Shown piece after piece: positions 9,289 through 18,538 of a stretch of 64,000 nucleotides of DNA. A program made the position numbers and the translations under genes. Source of the stretch: Balneolaceae bacterium (GTDB taxonomy: Bacteria; Bacteroidota; Rhodothermia; Balneolales; Balneolaceae); the NCBI GenBank assembly GCA_020832225.1, contig JAFIFA010000063.1, positions 3,440 to 67,439 of the forward strand, in the 5' to 3' direction. Under the pieces are notes generated by a model that made no database searches, had not been told where the DNA came from, and saw nothing but the letters and a program-made list of their open reading frames with translations. The first letter of the stretch is position 1; every line of letters starts with the position of its first letter.

Positions 9289-10713
9289 TTACTTCTTTTT
9301 CTTTGGCTTGGATCCGAGGTGAACACCTTCGCCATACGCTTCAGCAACTGCTTCCATCACCGCTTCACTCATGGTTGGGTGAGGGTGAACCGCGTTGATG
9401 ATTTCATGTCCTGTAGTCTCCAGATCGCGTGCAACCACGGCTTCCGCAATCAGCTCGGTTACGTGGGAGCCGATCATGTGGCAGCCCAGCCACTCGCCAT
9501 ATTTTGCATCAAAAATGACCTTCACAAACCCTTCTTCGTGGCCAAGTCCGGTCGCTTTACCGCTTGCGGAGAACGGGAATTTGCCAACCATTACGTCGTA
9601 TCCTTCATCCTTAGCCTGCTGCTCGGTGAGTCCAACGGATGCTACCTGTGGCTCGCAGTAGGTACAGCCCGGGATGTTGTCGTAGTTGATTGGGTGTGTT
9701 TTTTCACCGGCAAGCTGCTCAACCAGGTTTACCGCTTCGTGAGATGCCTTGTGGGCAAGCCATGGAGCGCCAATCACATCACCGATGGCATAGATGCCGT
9801 CAGTATCTGTTTTGTAGGTCTTCTTGTCTACGACAATAGCTCCTTTTTCAGTCTTTACACCTGCCTTGTCGAGGCCAATATTCTCAACATTACCGGTAAC
9901 TCCAACTGCGGAAAGAACGAGGTCGGCTTCTACGGTTTCGGTGCCCTTCTTGGTTTTGATGGTCACTTTAACGCCCTTGCCTTTCTTCTCTACCTTCTCC
10001 ACAGAGCTTTCGGTAAGGATATTCATTCCCTTCTTCTTGTAGATCTTGCCAAGCTCTTTTCCAACATCCTGATCTTCTACAGGAACAAGCGTCTTCTGAA
10101 GCTCCACGAGGGTAACTTCTGTACCAATGGTGTTGTAGAAGTAGGCAAACTCAACGCCAATCGCACCGGCGCCGATGATAACCATCTTCTTCGGCTGCTT
10201 ATCGAGCTGCATCGCTTTTTCAGAGTCGATGATCATCTTGCCATCAATCTCGAGGTTTGGAAGCTGACGCGGACGGGCACCTGTTGCAATGATAAAGTGC
10301 TTAGCCTTTACGGTCTCAGTCTCTTTGCCTTTGTCATCCTGTACGGCGAGTTCAGTTTTAGACTTAAAAACCCCTGTGCCGTTCAGAACTTCAATTTTGT
10401 TAGCCTTCATCAGAAACTGAACACCTTTGCTCATTTTGTCGGCAACGCTGCGGCTGCGCTTAATCATGCCGCCAAAATTGGCTGAGAAATCCTTCACATC
10501 AATTCCGTAATCGGAAGCGTGGGAGATCGATTCAAAAACTTCGGCAGACCGGAGCAGCGCTTTGGTAGGAATACAGCCGATATTCAGGCAGACGCCCCCC
10601 AGAAATCTCTTCTCAACTACTGCTGTTTTAAAACCGAGCTGGGATGCGCGGATAGCCGCTACATATCCGCCCGGGCCGGTTCCGATTACACATACGTCAA
10701 ATTCTTTTGCCAT
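9289..10713 (-). CDS. lpdA: Dihydrolipoyl dehydrogenase (E3)
   Basis: GTGPGGYVAA FAD motif, redox-active GGVCLNIGCIPTK, HPHPTMSE C-terminal motif. 474 aa. Confidence 0.95.
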   Translation of the reverse strand: MAKEFDVCVIGTGPGGYVAAIRASQLGFKTAVVEKRFLGGVCLNIGCIPTKALLRSAEVFESISHASDYGIDVKDFSANFGGMIKRSRSVADKMSKGVQFLMKANKIEVLNGTGVFKSKTELAVQDDKGKETETVKAKHFIIATGARPRQLPNLEIDGKMIIDSEKAMQLDKQPKKMVIIGAGAIGVEFAYFYNTIGTEVTLVELQKTLVPVEDQDVGKELGKIYKKKGMNILTESSVEKVEKKGKGVKVTIKTKKGTETVEADLVLSAVGVTGNVENIGLDKAGVKTEKGAIVVDKKTYKTDTDGIYAIGDVIGAPWLAHKASHEAVNLVEQLAGEKTHPINYDNIPGCTYCEPQVASVGLTEQQAKDEGYDVMVGKFPFSASGKATGLGHEEGFVKVIFDAKYGEWLGCHMIGSHVTELIAEAVVARDLETTGHEIINAVHPHPTMSEAVMEAVAEAYGEGVHLGSKPKKKK

Positions 10714-10866
10714 GACTGGGAAAATGTTATTGGTTAATTAGTTCTTTAAGGGCTGCGCCGGGCCTGTTCCGTCCCGGAAAATGTTACTTACTGTGGCTCC
10801 TTATCTTCGCAAGAACCTAAAATAAGGAATATCACAGAGATTTATAAGAGAGAGTTGAGGGTTGAT

Positions 10867-13308
10867 TCAGCGCCAGAGCCACCCCGTGATACCGGCACCT
10901 GCATAGCAGAGAATGCCGAGCAGAATAACATGGCTGAATCCGAACGTCATGGCAAGCATCACAGCGAGAGGGGCAGCTGTAACGGATGCAAACCCATCCA
11001 CTCCCCAGGCCCACGGAACGAGCTTTCCTCCGGTCTTTTCAAGCTTTTGGATGCCGGCAGGGAACATCCATCCAAAAAAGAATGAGACGGGAAAGAGTAA
11101 CAGGCACGCCGTTACAAACCGGGTGACGCCACCAAATTGCGACAGTGAGCCAAGAAGTGGTTCCGCAATGAGCAGGTAGAGGATCATCAGAAGTGAAATG
11201 GAGCATGATGCAATAGCGATTCTGCTGCCGGCCGACAGGGGGATTCTCTTCTGGCTGTAGCTTCCCAGCCCTGAGAATACCAGAATCGATGATAGAATGG
11301 CGGCTGCGCTGATAATCGGATCGCCAAGATATCGTGTAAAGGTTTGAAGCAGGGTCATTTCGATAAACATAAAACCGGTACCGATCAGTGAAAAGTAGAG
11401 CAGCGTGGGTAGTTTATCGTTCGATTGGGCAAAGTGCCTCCAGCGAAATGCGAGCGGAAGCAGAATCAGCAGAAAGGCCGCCACGGCAAGCTGAACAAAG
11501 GTGATCACCAGGATCATGTAGCCAAGCTCAACCCGCTGAAACCAGCGGTCACCGTAGCTCTCCAGGAAACGGTCTATCGAAGACCACAGGAAGTAGTCGT
11601 GAAAATAGGGGGAGTTGTCGGTAGGCGGGCGCACATTGTAGGCCCAGCCTGCAAAAAAGGATTCGCTGTCGTCGGAGAGCATCGCCCTCACGCCGTGGTG
11701 TATCCAGGAGTAGGGTTGTCCGTCGGGCCCCTCAATGATGTTCATCTGCTCTATCAGATCCGACTGGATGCCCGGGTAGTACTCGACATCCATCTGCAGC
11801 TGGCGGGCCTCATCACGAAACCGGCTAGATAGGTCCTCATCCACAGGTGCTTTCGACAACATGATGTTGGCCGCAAGATAGTTTCGACTTACGAGAAGGT
11901 GTGATGCCGGATCGTCATCACTGAAGCGGCTTAACGCGTCCAGGAACATAGCCGCCATTTTGAGATTATCGCGCGGTGGCGACTGGATCCCACGGGTTAC
12001 GCTGATCAGTCCGTTTTCGGAAAGCCTCTGCCGGGCAGCAGCGATGCTTTCAGTTGTGAGCAGGAAATCTTCGCTGAGCCCTTGCAGTCCTCCTGTACCG
12101 GTAGCCATCGACTCACCTATAGCCAGATGGATCAGGTCGTATTGGCGATCACTCTGTTCAAGATATATTCGGGGATCTTCGCGTATCACCTCCACCCCTT
12201 CGGATTGAAAAACGGCGCCCCCTTCTTCGCGCAGGTCACTCTCCATGAGTCTGATCAGCTGCGGATTGGTCTGTACCACGGTGATTTTTTCGGCTCCCAT
12301 CCGCTTGGCAAGCCAGACATTGACACCGCTCGCCTCACCGAGAATAAGCACATGCTGTGGCTCGGCAAGCCTGTATGGCAGAGACTGCGGTGTAAAATCC
12401 ATGATCTCCGCTCTCTCGGGATCGTCTATTCTGAAAATGGCTCCGGCTGTGTCACCGTCTGTAAGGAGGGCGAGTTGCGGTGGCGGCATTACGGTAGCGT
12501 GTGGCCCTGCAAAAAGCGTGTAGTGAAAGGATGGTGAGGAGAAGACATCGATCTGTCCGCGGGGTCCAAATCGCTGCTCTACCTGTTCGGCATCCTGCTG
12601 GGCTTCGAGTTGCTGAAACCTTGCGAGCTCCTTGTAGGGGTCCACGCGATCGGGGAGACCGGCAAAAAGTGCCGCAATTACGATGAAAAACGAAACAGAG
12701 ATTAAGGCAAGAGGAGCGGCTTGACCCTTTAGCTTTTGAATCAGGGTAAAGGTTAAAATGGCCAGAAAGATCAGAGGCATCACCAAAACAGGCAGCTGTG
12801 ATGCGGGAAGAAGATAGATCAAGCCAAGAGCGGTCACCCCGCCTGCACCACTGCCCAGGAGGTTGGCGGCATAGAGCTCCGGTACTTCACGCCTGTGATA
12901 GGTGATCACAAAACCGATCGACGTGCCGCCAAAAAAGAAAGGGATAAACATCAGCAGGTTGTAGCTGATCAGCAGCATCAGCTGGGATCGGCTGTAGAGT
13001 ACATACTGGGTGTCGAGGGGCAGCAGCTGTGCGGATATAAAACAGGCGGGTACGGCAACCAGGAATAACGTGAGAAAGACCAGATTCCAGAGATAGAAGC
13101 GATCTTTAAGCCGATCGAAAAAGAGCGCAAGAAATGTGCCGCTGGCTCCGAAACCTAGCAGCGCAGTACTAATCACCAGATAGGAGAAGTGGTGGTAGTG
13201 CGTAACCGCAAGTGCACGCATTATCAGCAACTGCAGAGCAATAACCGCTACCGACAGGAAAAAAATAGATACAGCACTCCATCGACTGTAGGAAAGACGT
13301 CCGTTCAA
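10867..13308 (-). CDS. Fused polytopic membrane / spermidine-synthase-like (class I MTase-fold) protein
   Basis: 813 aa. About 7 N-terminal TM segments, a central soluble domain with VLILGEASGVNVWLAKRMGAEKITVVQTNPQLI (aminopropyl/methyltransferase fold), then C-terminal TM segments. The only in-frame start is the TTG at 13308, which overlaps the pcm stop (TTGA). Confidence 0.75.
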   Translation of the reverse strand: MNGRLSYSRWSAVSIFFLSVAVIALQLLIMRALAVTHYHHFSYLVISTALLGFGASGTFLALFFDRLKDRFYLWNLVFLTLFLVAVPACFISAQLLPLDTQYVLYSRSQLMLLISYNLLMFIPFFFGGTSIGFVITYHRREVPELYAANLLGSGAGGVTALGLIYLLPASQLPVLVMPLIFLAILTFTLIQKLKGQAAPLALISVSFFIVIAALFAGLPDRVDPYKELARFQQLEAQQDAEQVEQRFGPRGQIDVFSSPSFHYTLFAGPHATVMPPPQLALLTDGDTAGAIFRIDDPERAEIMDFTPQSLPYRLAEPQHVLILGEASGVNVWLAKRMGAEKITVVQTNPQLIRLMESDLREEGGAVFQSEGVEVIREDPRIYLEQSDRQYDLIHLAIGESMATGTGGLQGLSEDFLLTTESIAAARQRLSENGLISVTRGIQSPPRDNLKMAAMFLDALSRFSDDDPASHLLVSRNYLAANIMLSKAPVDEDLSSRFRDEARQLQMDVEYYPGIQSDLIEQMNIIEGPDGQPYSWIHHGVRAMLSDDSESFFAGWAYNVRPPTDNSPYFHDYFLWSSIDRFLESYGDRWFQRVELGYMILVITFVQLAVAAFLLILLPLAFRWRHFAQSNDKLPTLLYFSLIGTGFMFIEMTLLQTFTRYLGDPIISAAAILSSILVFSGLGSYSQKRIPLSAGSRIAIASCSISLLMILYLLIAEPLLGSLSQFGGVTRFVTACLLLFPVSFFFGWMFPAGIQKLEKTGGKLVPWAWGVDGFASVTAAPLAVMLAMTFGFSHVILLGILCYAGAGITGWLWR

Positions 13309-14111
13309 TTCTGCTCCTCAGCCTCACCGGTCATAGGTACAAACTGAACCGGCAACAGACGCTCGGTTCGGATGTCGCCATCCTCGGTTTTAGTAACCTT
13401 CATCAGTGTCTGCGTCTGATAGGGACTACCCACAGGAATCGCCATAGTTCCACCAGGTTTCAGTTGGTCAATAAGAGGAGGAGGTATATGACCCGAAGCG
13501 GCGGTTACAATGATCTTATCGAAAGGGGCGTGCTCTTCCCATCCGTGGTAGCCATCAGCAAGCTTGGTTTGAATGGTGTGATAGCCAAGCTCCTCATAAA
13601 GTTCAGTGGCTTGTCTACCCAGAGGTTCAACAATTTCAATGGAAAATACATGTGGAGTCAGTTCGGAGAGAACTGCTGCGTGATAGCCACTGCCGGTGCC
13701 GATCTCAAGTACCTTATCGCCCGGTTCTATTTCCAGCATTTCAGCCATATAGGCTACGATGTAGGGCTGGGAGATGGTCTGGCCGTAGCCAATTGGTAGT
13801 GGATTGTTCAGGTAGGCCTGCCTCTGCTGGCCGGAAGGTACAAATTTGTGGCGGGGAACGTGTCTCATTGCATCAATAACAGCCTCATCGGTTATCCCTT
13901 CACCGATGATACCTGAGGCAACCAGGGTTTCCCGCTCATCAGCGCGTTCGTCAAAACGGGGACGTTCCCACTCCACGGTATCTGGTGGAGCTGTGATGTT
14001 GGGACGTTCCACAGGCAGTTCCCCAAAAACCGGGGGTGCCATAACCGAAGTCAGAAAAAAAGTGAGGATAACAATTAGCTGTTTCATCATGATCGATTCG
14101 GTTTGTTTCAT
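13305..14111 (-). CDS. pcm: Protein-L-isoaspartate O-methyltransferase with an N-terminal signal/anchor sequence
   Basis: GYGQTISQPYIVAYM and VLEIGTGSGYHAAVL SAM motifs. Hydrophobic N-terminus MMKQLIVILTFFLTSVMAPPVFG. The start is ATG 14111, or 14090/14087. The longer track ORF overlaps the GNAT gene. Confidence 0.85.
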   Translation of the reverse strand: MKQTESIMMKQLIVILTFFLTSVMAPPVFGELPVERPNITAPPDTVEWERPRFDERADERETLVASGIIGEGITDEAVIDAMRHVPRHKFVPSGQQRQAYLNNPLPIGYGQTISQPYIVAYMAEMLEIEPGDKVLEIGTGSGYHAAVLSELTPHVFSIEIVEPLGRQATELYEELGYHTIQTKLADGYHGWEEHAPFDKIIVTAASGHIPPPLIDQLKPGGTMAIPVGSPYQTQTLMKVTKTEDGDIRTERLLPVQFVPMTGEAEEQN

Positions 14112-14148
14112 CAGCTGTCTCTGTTTACGCATCAAAATATTTCGTCTG

Positions 14149-14637
14149 CTATTTTTTAGCAGGAATTGGCTCGAGTAGTTTTTCCATAAAGAACATACGC
14201 GGATTGCCATTGCTGAATCCGTAGCGTTCATAGAGTGAACGGGCGCGGTTGTCTTCCCGTACCTCCAGTGTCACTTTGTGGCACTTCTCTTCGCGTGCCC
14301 TTCTCTCCACGGCCGACATCAATGCCCCGCCGATACCCTTTCCGCGGAATGTCGGATTAACGGCGAGGTCGTGAATATTGATCACCTTCGAGGCGTGAAA
14401 TGTGGAGAAGCTGTAGACGCAATTTGCAACTCCCGCGGGTTTGCCTTCAAAAAAGGCGATAAAACCTATATAGCAGGGGAACTCCTTCAGCCTCTCGATC
14501 AGAACCGACTTGATGTCACTGCTCAGAGGTTTTTTTTGACCCATCGGGTCTCTTGCGTATTGATCGGTTGCTTCCAAAATAGCTTCGGCGTGATTCGGGT
14601 TATTCAGATCGGCTGCAACGATTTCGAGTTTTTTCAT
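14149..14637 (-). CDS. GNAT-family N-acetyltransferase
   Basis: The acetyl-CoA motif region HDLAVNPTFRGKGIGGALM is present. I place the start at ATG 14637 (MKKLEIVAADL). Confidence 0.8.
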   Translation of the reverse strand: MKKLEIVAADLNNPNHAEAILEATDQYARDPMGQKKPLSSDIKSVLIERLKEFPCYIGFIAFFEGKPAGVANCVYSFSTFHASKVINIHDLAVNPTFRGKGIGGALMSAVERRAREEKCHKVTLEVREDNRARSLYERYGFSNGNPRMFFMEKLLEPIPAKK

Positions 14638-14957
14638 ATGTTTAGTGGTTGATAGTTTGGCGGGTGGCATGGCTTGGAACAACTCTTGCAGGCCCGGGTT
14701 TGAAAGAACTGTCACAAACAGGTGTAACTCTATATTAATTAACCTAATCTTTTCCCCAAAATCATATGAATTTAAGGATACCACTGCTTGTCGTAATTGC
14801 ATTAATTTCCGCACTCATATTCTACTCCTGTGATAGTGGTTCTGTCACAGACCCTGACACGGGCGAAAACGGAGATCAGTCAACAGAGTTTGACCACTGA
14901 CAGAATCCCGGAAACTCCGCTACAGACCTTCTAACCGACGAAAACTTTGATCGTCTT

Positions 14958-15548
14958 GTGGTTGAGGTGCAGTACATGTCGGGTGCCGAGCCAACCAGCG
15001 AGTCGCTCAGTAATCTTAGGGAGTTTCTTGAAGAGCGGCTAAATAAGAGCAGTGTCGATATCCTCGACCCTAAAGAGATACCCCCAAGCGGTCAGGAGAG
15101 CTACACCACTGATGAGATTCGCGATCTGGAGCATGAGCATCGGGAGTCCTACTCAGAAGATGGTACGCTGGTACTCTATGCGATGATTGTGGATGGTGAA
15201 TTCTCAAACGGAAATGTTTTGGGAATTGCTTACTACAATACATCGATGGCAATTTTCAGTGAAACTGTTGGCAGTGTGAGCGGTGGTATTGGGCAGCCTT
15301 CACAAGCAACCGTGGAGAGTATCGTGCTTCTGCATGAAGCCGGCCATTTGATGGGGTTGGTCAATAACGGAGTGGAGCCACAGAGTGATCACCATGATGA
15401 GGAGAATGGAGCCCACTGCGATGTGGAGGAGTGCCTGATGTATTTCGCTGTCAGAACTACAGACTTCTTCGCGAACCTCTTTGGAGGATCCATACCTGAA
15501 CTGGATGAGTTCTGTATTGAGGATCTTCAGGCTGCGGGCGGACGGTAG
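14958..15548 (+). CDS. Zinc metalloprotease-like protein (HExxH; CX4CXM archaemetzincin-like motif); the N-terminus appears severed from its lipoprotein signal by an in-frame TGA
   Basis: HEAGHLMGL followed by HCDVEECLMY. The same frame upstream holds ATG 14766, a lipobox signal (ALIFYSC) and a TGA at 14898-14900. See findings. Confidence 0.6.
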   Translation: MVEVQYMSGAEPTSESLSNLREFLEERLNKSSVDILDPKEIPPSGQESYTTDEIRDLEHEHRESYSEDGTLVLYAMIVDGEFSNGNVLGIAYYNTSMAIFSETVGSVSGGIGQPSQATVESIVLLHEAGHLMGLVNNGVEPQSDHHDEENGAHCDVEECLMYFAVRTTDFFANLFGGSIPELDEFCIEDLQAAGGR

Positions 15549-15603
15549 TTGGATTTTGAATAGTGCTTATCAAAACGCTGATAATTGTTTTAAATGGCCC
15601 TTT

Positions 15604-16059
15604 TCATGATTCGTTAACTTTCTCAAGTACCCGCACAATTAATTCTTCAGAAATACGAAAATTCGTTCTCTGGATTTTTTCTGTGAGTGGTTTAACGGCC
15701 TGAATATGTCCCATATTTTTGGCTGCAACCAACACACCAAGTGAACCGGTAACAGAAATCCCCATTTCTTTCGCCGCTTTTCTCCCTTTGACTTCATCAA
15801 TGATCAAAAGTGAATTTTCGTGTTCTGCAGATAATGCAATTGCAGTGGCTTCGCCTTTGTCTAAATAGCTTGACAGCCCTTTTTGTAAATCCGAAGTTGG
15901 CTCGATGACTTCAATCCAATCCGGTATCTTTTGATTAAACTCTTTTAAAACTGTTTCTGTGATATGGAGTTTACCGAAAAGCTTTTTCAGAAGTTCCAGC
16001 TCTCCGATTTTATGGAAAAGAATGAGGCAACTTGTGTCAGATACTATGACGCTGGGCAT
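15604..16059 (-). CDS. DUF3368-type PIN-like nuclease, putative toxin
   Basis: 151 aa. The N-terminal VIVSDTSCLI (PIN acidic residue context) and its pairing with a UPF0175 gene are typical of this type II module. Confidence 0.7.
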   Translation of the reverse strand: MPSVIVSDTSCLILFHKIGELELLKKLFGKLHITETVLKEFNQKIPDWIEVIEPTSDLQKGLSSYLDKGEATAIALSAEHENSLLIIDEVKGRKAAKEMGISVTGSLGVLVAAKNMGHIQAVKPLTEKIQRTNFRISEELIVRVLEKVNES

Positions 16060-16279
16060 TTTTTATATCTTCGTCAAGTTCGTCTGTCGGATAATTTACA
16101 AGCGATACATTGTACTCAGCAAGCAGTTCCATGAACGTTTCTTTCGAGTAACCGGCCAGTTCTGCAGCTTGTCCCAGCGTCAGTTTCCCCCTTTCGTACA
16201 ATTTGGATGCCAATGACATCCTTGCCTCTTTATCATCAATATCGGCTGTATTCGGTATGTTTATTGTTATCGTCTTCAT
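16037..16279 (-). CDS. UPF0175-family antitoxin-like protein
   Basis: 80 aa. LYERGKLTLGQAAELAGYSKETFMELL is an HTH-like core characteristic of UPF0175. It overlaps the downstream PIN-like gene by 23 nt. Confidence 0.7.
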   Translation of the reverse strand: MKTITINIPNTADIDDKEARMSLASKLYERGKLTLGQAAELAGYSKETFMELLAEYNVSLVNYPTDELDEDIKNAQRHSI

Positions 16280-16470
16280 CTTATAAATGTAATTAATTTC
16301 TCTCTTTAACGATAATCATACGCTGATGGTCTACATAGAGTAGATGCTTTGATATAAAATGAGCACCATTGAATGAGTTTGAGAAGAGAAATGAAGTGAT
16401 TTTAATCCCTAGCTTTAAATAAGAGCTGTGAACCACCCCCGACCCCTTCCCGAAGTTTCGGGACAGGCTC

Positions 16471-17022
16471 TTAGAAAGGAAGGGAGTATATTTTCCAGTA
16501 TACGAATACATAGAAATTAGAAATAAGACTCAGATTTAAGGAGTCCAGCAGACTTCTATTATCAATCACGGCATCAAACGGGTCGAAGCGGTTGAAATTT
16601 CCAATAATGACCGGTTTCGGATCATCATATAGCTGATACGACTGGGGGAGTACGGTAACTTTCAGCTCTTCTTCGAAATAGGATGGAATAAAAAATGTTA
16701 GTGGGTGATGGGAGGCTGAATGAACTCTCAGAATCAGTGGGATGCCCGTTTCGAGTTCTGCGCGAATGGTGCCTGATCCATCTTCGTCTGAGAACCAGGC
16801 GGTTGGCGGCCGATCGGTGCCATACTCAGCATCATAGACGTAAAGTCCTGCTGGGCTTACAAGCTCTCCGGAGGCATCGATTACGTTGATTTCTGCCAAA
16901 AAGGTGTTTGCAACCTCCTCATTCTCCGTGTCTGTGTCCTCATCTGAGTCGGGTGAGCAGGCGTATAACCCGCAAAGGATCAAGGCAAGGGCAAGGAGCA
17001 GTATAGAGTTTCGAGCCATCAT
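16471..17022 (-). CDS. Hypothetical lipoprotein
   Basis: Signal peptide with lipobox LYAC, followed by an acidic linker (SPDSDEDTDTENEE). No recognisable domain. Confidence 0.6.
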   Translation of the reverse strand: MMARNSILLLALALILCGLYACSPDSDEDTDTENEEVANTFLAEINVIDASGELVSPAGLYVYDAEYGTDRPPTAWFSDEDGSGTIRAELETGIPLILRVHSASHHPLTFFIPSYFEEELKVTVLPQSYQLYDDPKPVIIGNFNRFDPFDAVIDNRSLLDSLNLSLISNFYVFVYWKIYSLPF

Positions 17023-17100
17023 TAATTCAGGGGATCAGAGGCCGTGTTTGGTTTCAATACAAACAGGTTTTGATTTCAAATACGGCAAATAATATAAGTG

Positions 17101-17136
17101 AAAAAAGAGCACCCGTTCTTTTGAGTGAACGGGTGC
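17101..17136 (-). terminator. Intrinsic terminator of mgtE
   Basis: GCACCCGTTC (17109-17118) pairs with GAACGGGTGC (17127-17136). On the minus strand the hairpin is followed by TCTTTTTT. Confidence 0.85.
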
Positions 17137-17143
17137 CTGGAAT

Positions 17144-18538
17144 TTAAACTCCGATAAAGAGACTCACGAGAGTGAAATAGAGAGTCAATCCCACGAAGTC
17201 TTTAATTGTAGTGATAAATGGATCGGCACCGGGAGCATGATCCCATCCCATTTTTAGAAGAAGGTAGGGAATAAGGAAACCAAGAAATGCGGCCAGTGGC
17301 AGCACAATGACCAAAGAGAGGCCAACGGCGAGACCAATAAGCGGCAATTCGTTGGGTACACCCTGCCAGTAGTAGGCACCCAGTCCGGCCAGTATACCAA
17401 GTATAAGGCCAATGAGTGCGCCAATACCCATCTCTCTGGCAATGTGTTTCCAAATTCGTTCAAGCTTGATATGGCCAAGAGCCAGGCCACGGGCAAAAAT
17501 GGTAGTAGACTGTGTACCTACATTTCCGCCCATATCCATGATGACAGGGATAAATACGGCAGCGACGATAATCGCAGAGAGTACATCTTCAAACCGGTCA
17601 ATCACACCTCCCACTAAAAAACCGCCAATCAGGGTTACAAAGAGAAATGTAATTCTGAGCCTCACAGGATAGAGCACATTTCCCTGCGTCAGCTTTTTGC
17701 TGAACAGAACATCCCGTGCTTTTTCCCGAGAGCTGGTCCCGGTCATCACACCCGCCTTCTGGTACATGGTGTCGGAGACATCCTCCTCAATCGACTCCAT
17801 CGCATCATCGAAGGTGATGATTCCAACAAGTTTGTCCTCATCATTTACTACAGGAAGTGCAATCAGGTCAAGCTTTTTCAGCTTTCTGGATGCTACGTGG
17901 TCTGGTTCGTTCGCGTTCACCTTTTCCAGATCGGTGGTGAGAATATCACTGATCTGTTTTGAAGGTTCGGTGACAATGAGCTGCCGAAGTGAAACGGCTC
18001 CAATCAACTTTCGGTCAGCGTCGATTACATAAGCGTAATAGATCAGTTCTCGATCAGGCGCCTCGAGACGGAGTTTTTCGATCGCCTCACCTACTGTAAT
18101 GCCGGTCTGTACCACAGCATAGTCGGTGGTCATGATGGCACCCGTGGTGCCCTCCTCAAATTTGGAGAGTTCAATGATGTCATCGCGCTCCTTTTTGGCA
18201 AGGTGTCGCATCAACTCATTTTTTCTGTCGGCCGGCAGCTGGTTCAGAAGATCTACCCGGCGATCGTGCGGCATTTTCTCAATCAAAATCTTGGCGTCGT
18301 CAGCCGAGAGTGAGTCGAGCAGGTGGATTTGAGTATTCGGCTCTACATAATTAAGAACATCAACCCGGTCTTCAGTGTCGAGTGCCAGGTAGGTCTGGAG
18401 TTTGTGCTGATCTTCCAGTTTATTGATCAGCTCACCCAGAGAGGCCGGGTTCAGCTCTTGAACGAGCGCTTCAAGCTGTTGGCGATTGCCTGTTTCCAGG
18501 GCGTTTTTGATGGGGGCGAAATCGAAGTCATGTGTCAT
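17144..18538 (-). CDS. mgtE: Magnesium transporter MgtE
   Basis: N-terminal MgtE_N domain, tandem CBS domains and a C-terminal 5-TM channel domain (GNVGTQS, ITTIKDFVGL). 464 aa. Confidence 0.93.
   Translation of the reverse strand: MTHDFDFAPIKNALETGNRQQLEALVQELNPASLGELINKLEDQHKLQTYLALDTEDRVDVLNYVEPNTQIHLLDSLSADDAKILIEKMPHDRRVDLLNQLPADRKNELMRHLAKKERDDIIELSKFEEGTTGAIMTTDYAVVQTGITVGEAIEKLRLEAPDRELIYYAYVIDADRKLIGAVSLRQLIVTEPSKQISDILTTDLEKVNANEPDHVASRKLKKLDLIALPVVNDEDKLVGIITFDDAMESIEEDVSDTMYQKAGVMTGTSSREKARDVLFSKKLTQGNVLYPVRLRITFLFVTLIGGFLVGGVIDRFEDVLSAIIVAAVFIPVIMDMGGNVGTQSTTIFARGLALGHIKLERIWKHIAREMGIGALIGLILGILAGLGAYYWQGVPNELPLIGLAVGLSLVIVLPLAAFLGFLIPYLLLKMGWDHAPGADPFITTIKDFVGLTLYFTLVSLFIGV

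Noticed and set aside
9178-10485. A 435-aa plus-strand ORF antisense to lpd. Similar long antisense ORFs occur at 6317-7129 (opposite lipA), 20510-21181 (opposite czcA), 41229-41885 (opposite the symporter), and 33213-33770 and 34218-34736 (opposite the M14 peptidase).
   Set aside because: Each lies entirely inside a confidently identified gene on the other strand. Their translations are low-complexity or odd in composition with no motifs. Long shadow frames opposite genes with strong codon bias are expected artefacts.
14898-14900. The in-frame TGA read as selenocysteine, or as evidence of a TGA-reassigned genetic code.
   Set aside because: At least one confident gene in the window ends at TGA (ndh at 3274-3276), so the code is standard. 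The downstream sequence offers only a 4-bp CGGA/TCCG stem, not a convincing SECIS. The codon also sits in a linker, not a redox motif.
16293-16511. A 72-aa minus-strand ORF downstream of the lipoprotein gene.
   Set aside because: It overlaps the 3' end of the 16471-17022 gene and reads through the GC-rich palindromic element (16444-16470). Its translation (…NFGKGSGVV…) simply reflects that repeat.
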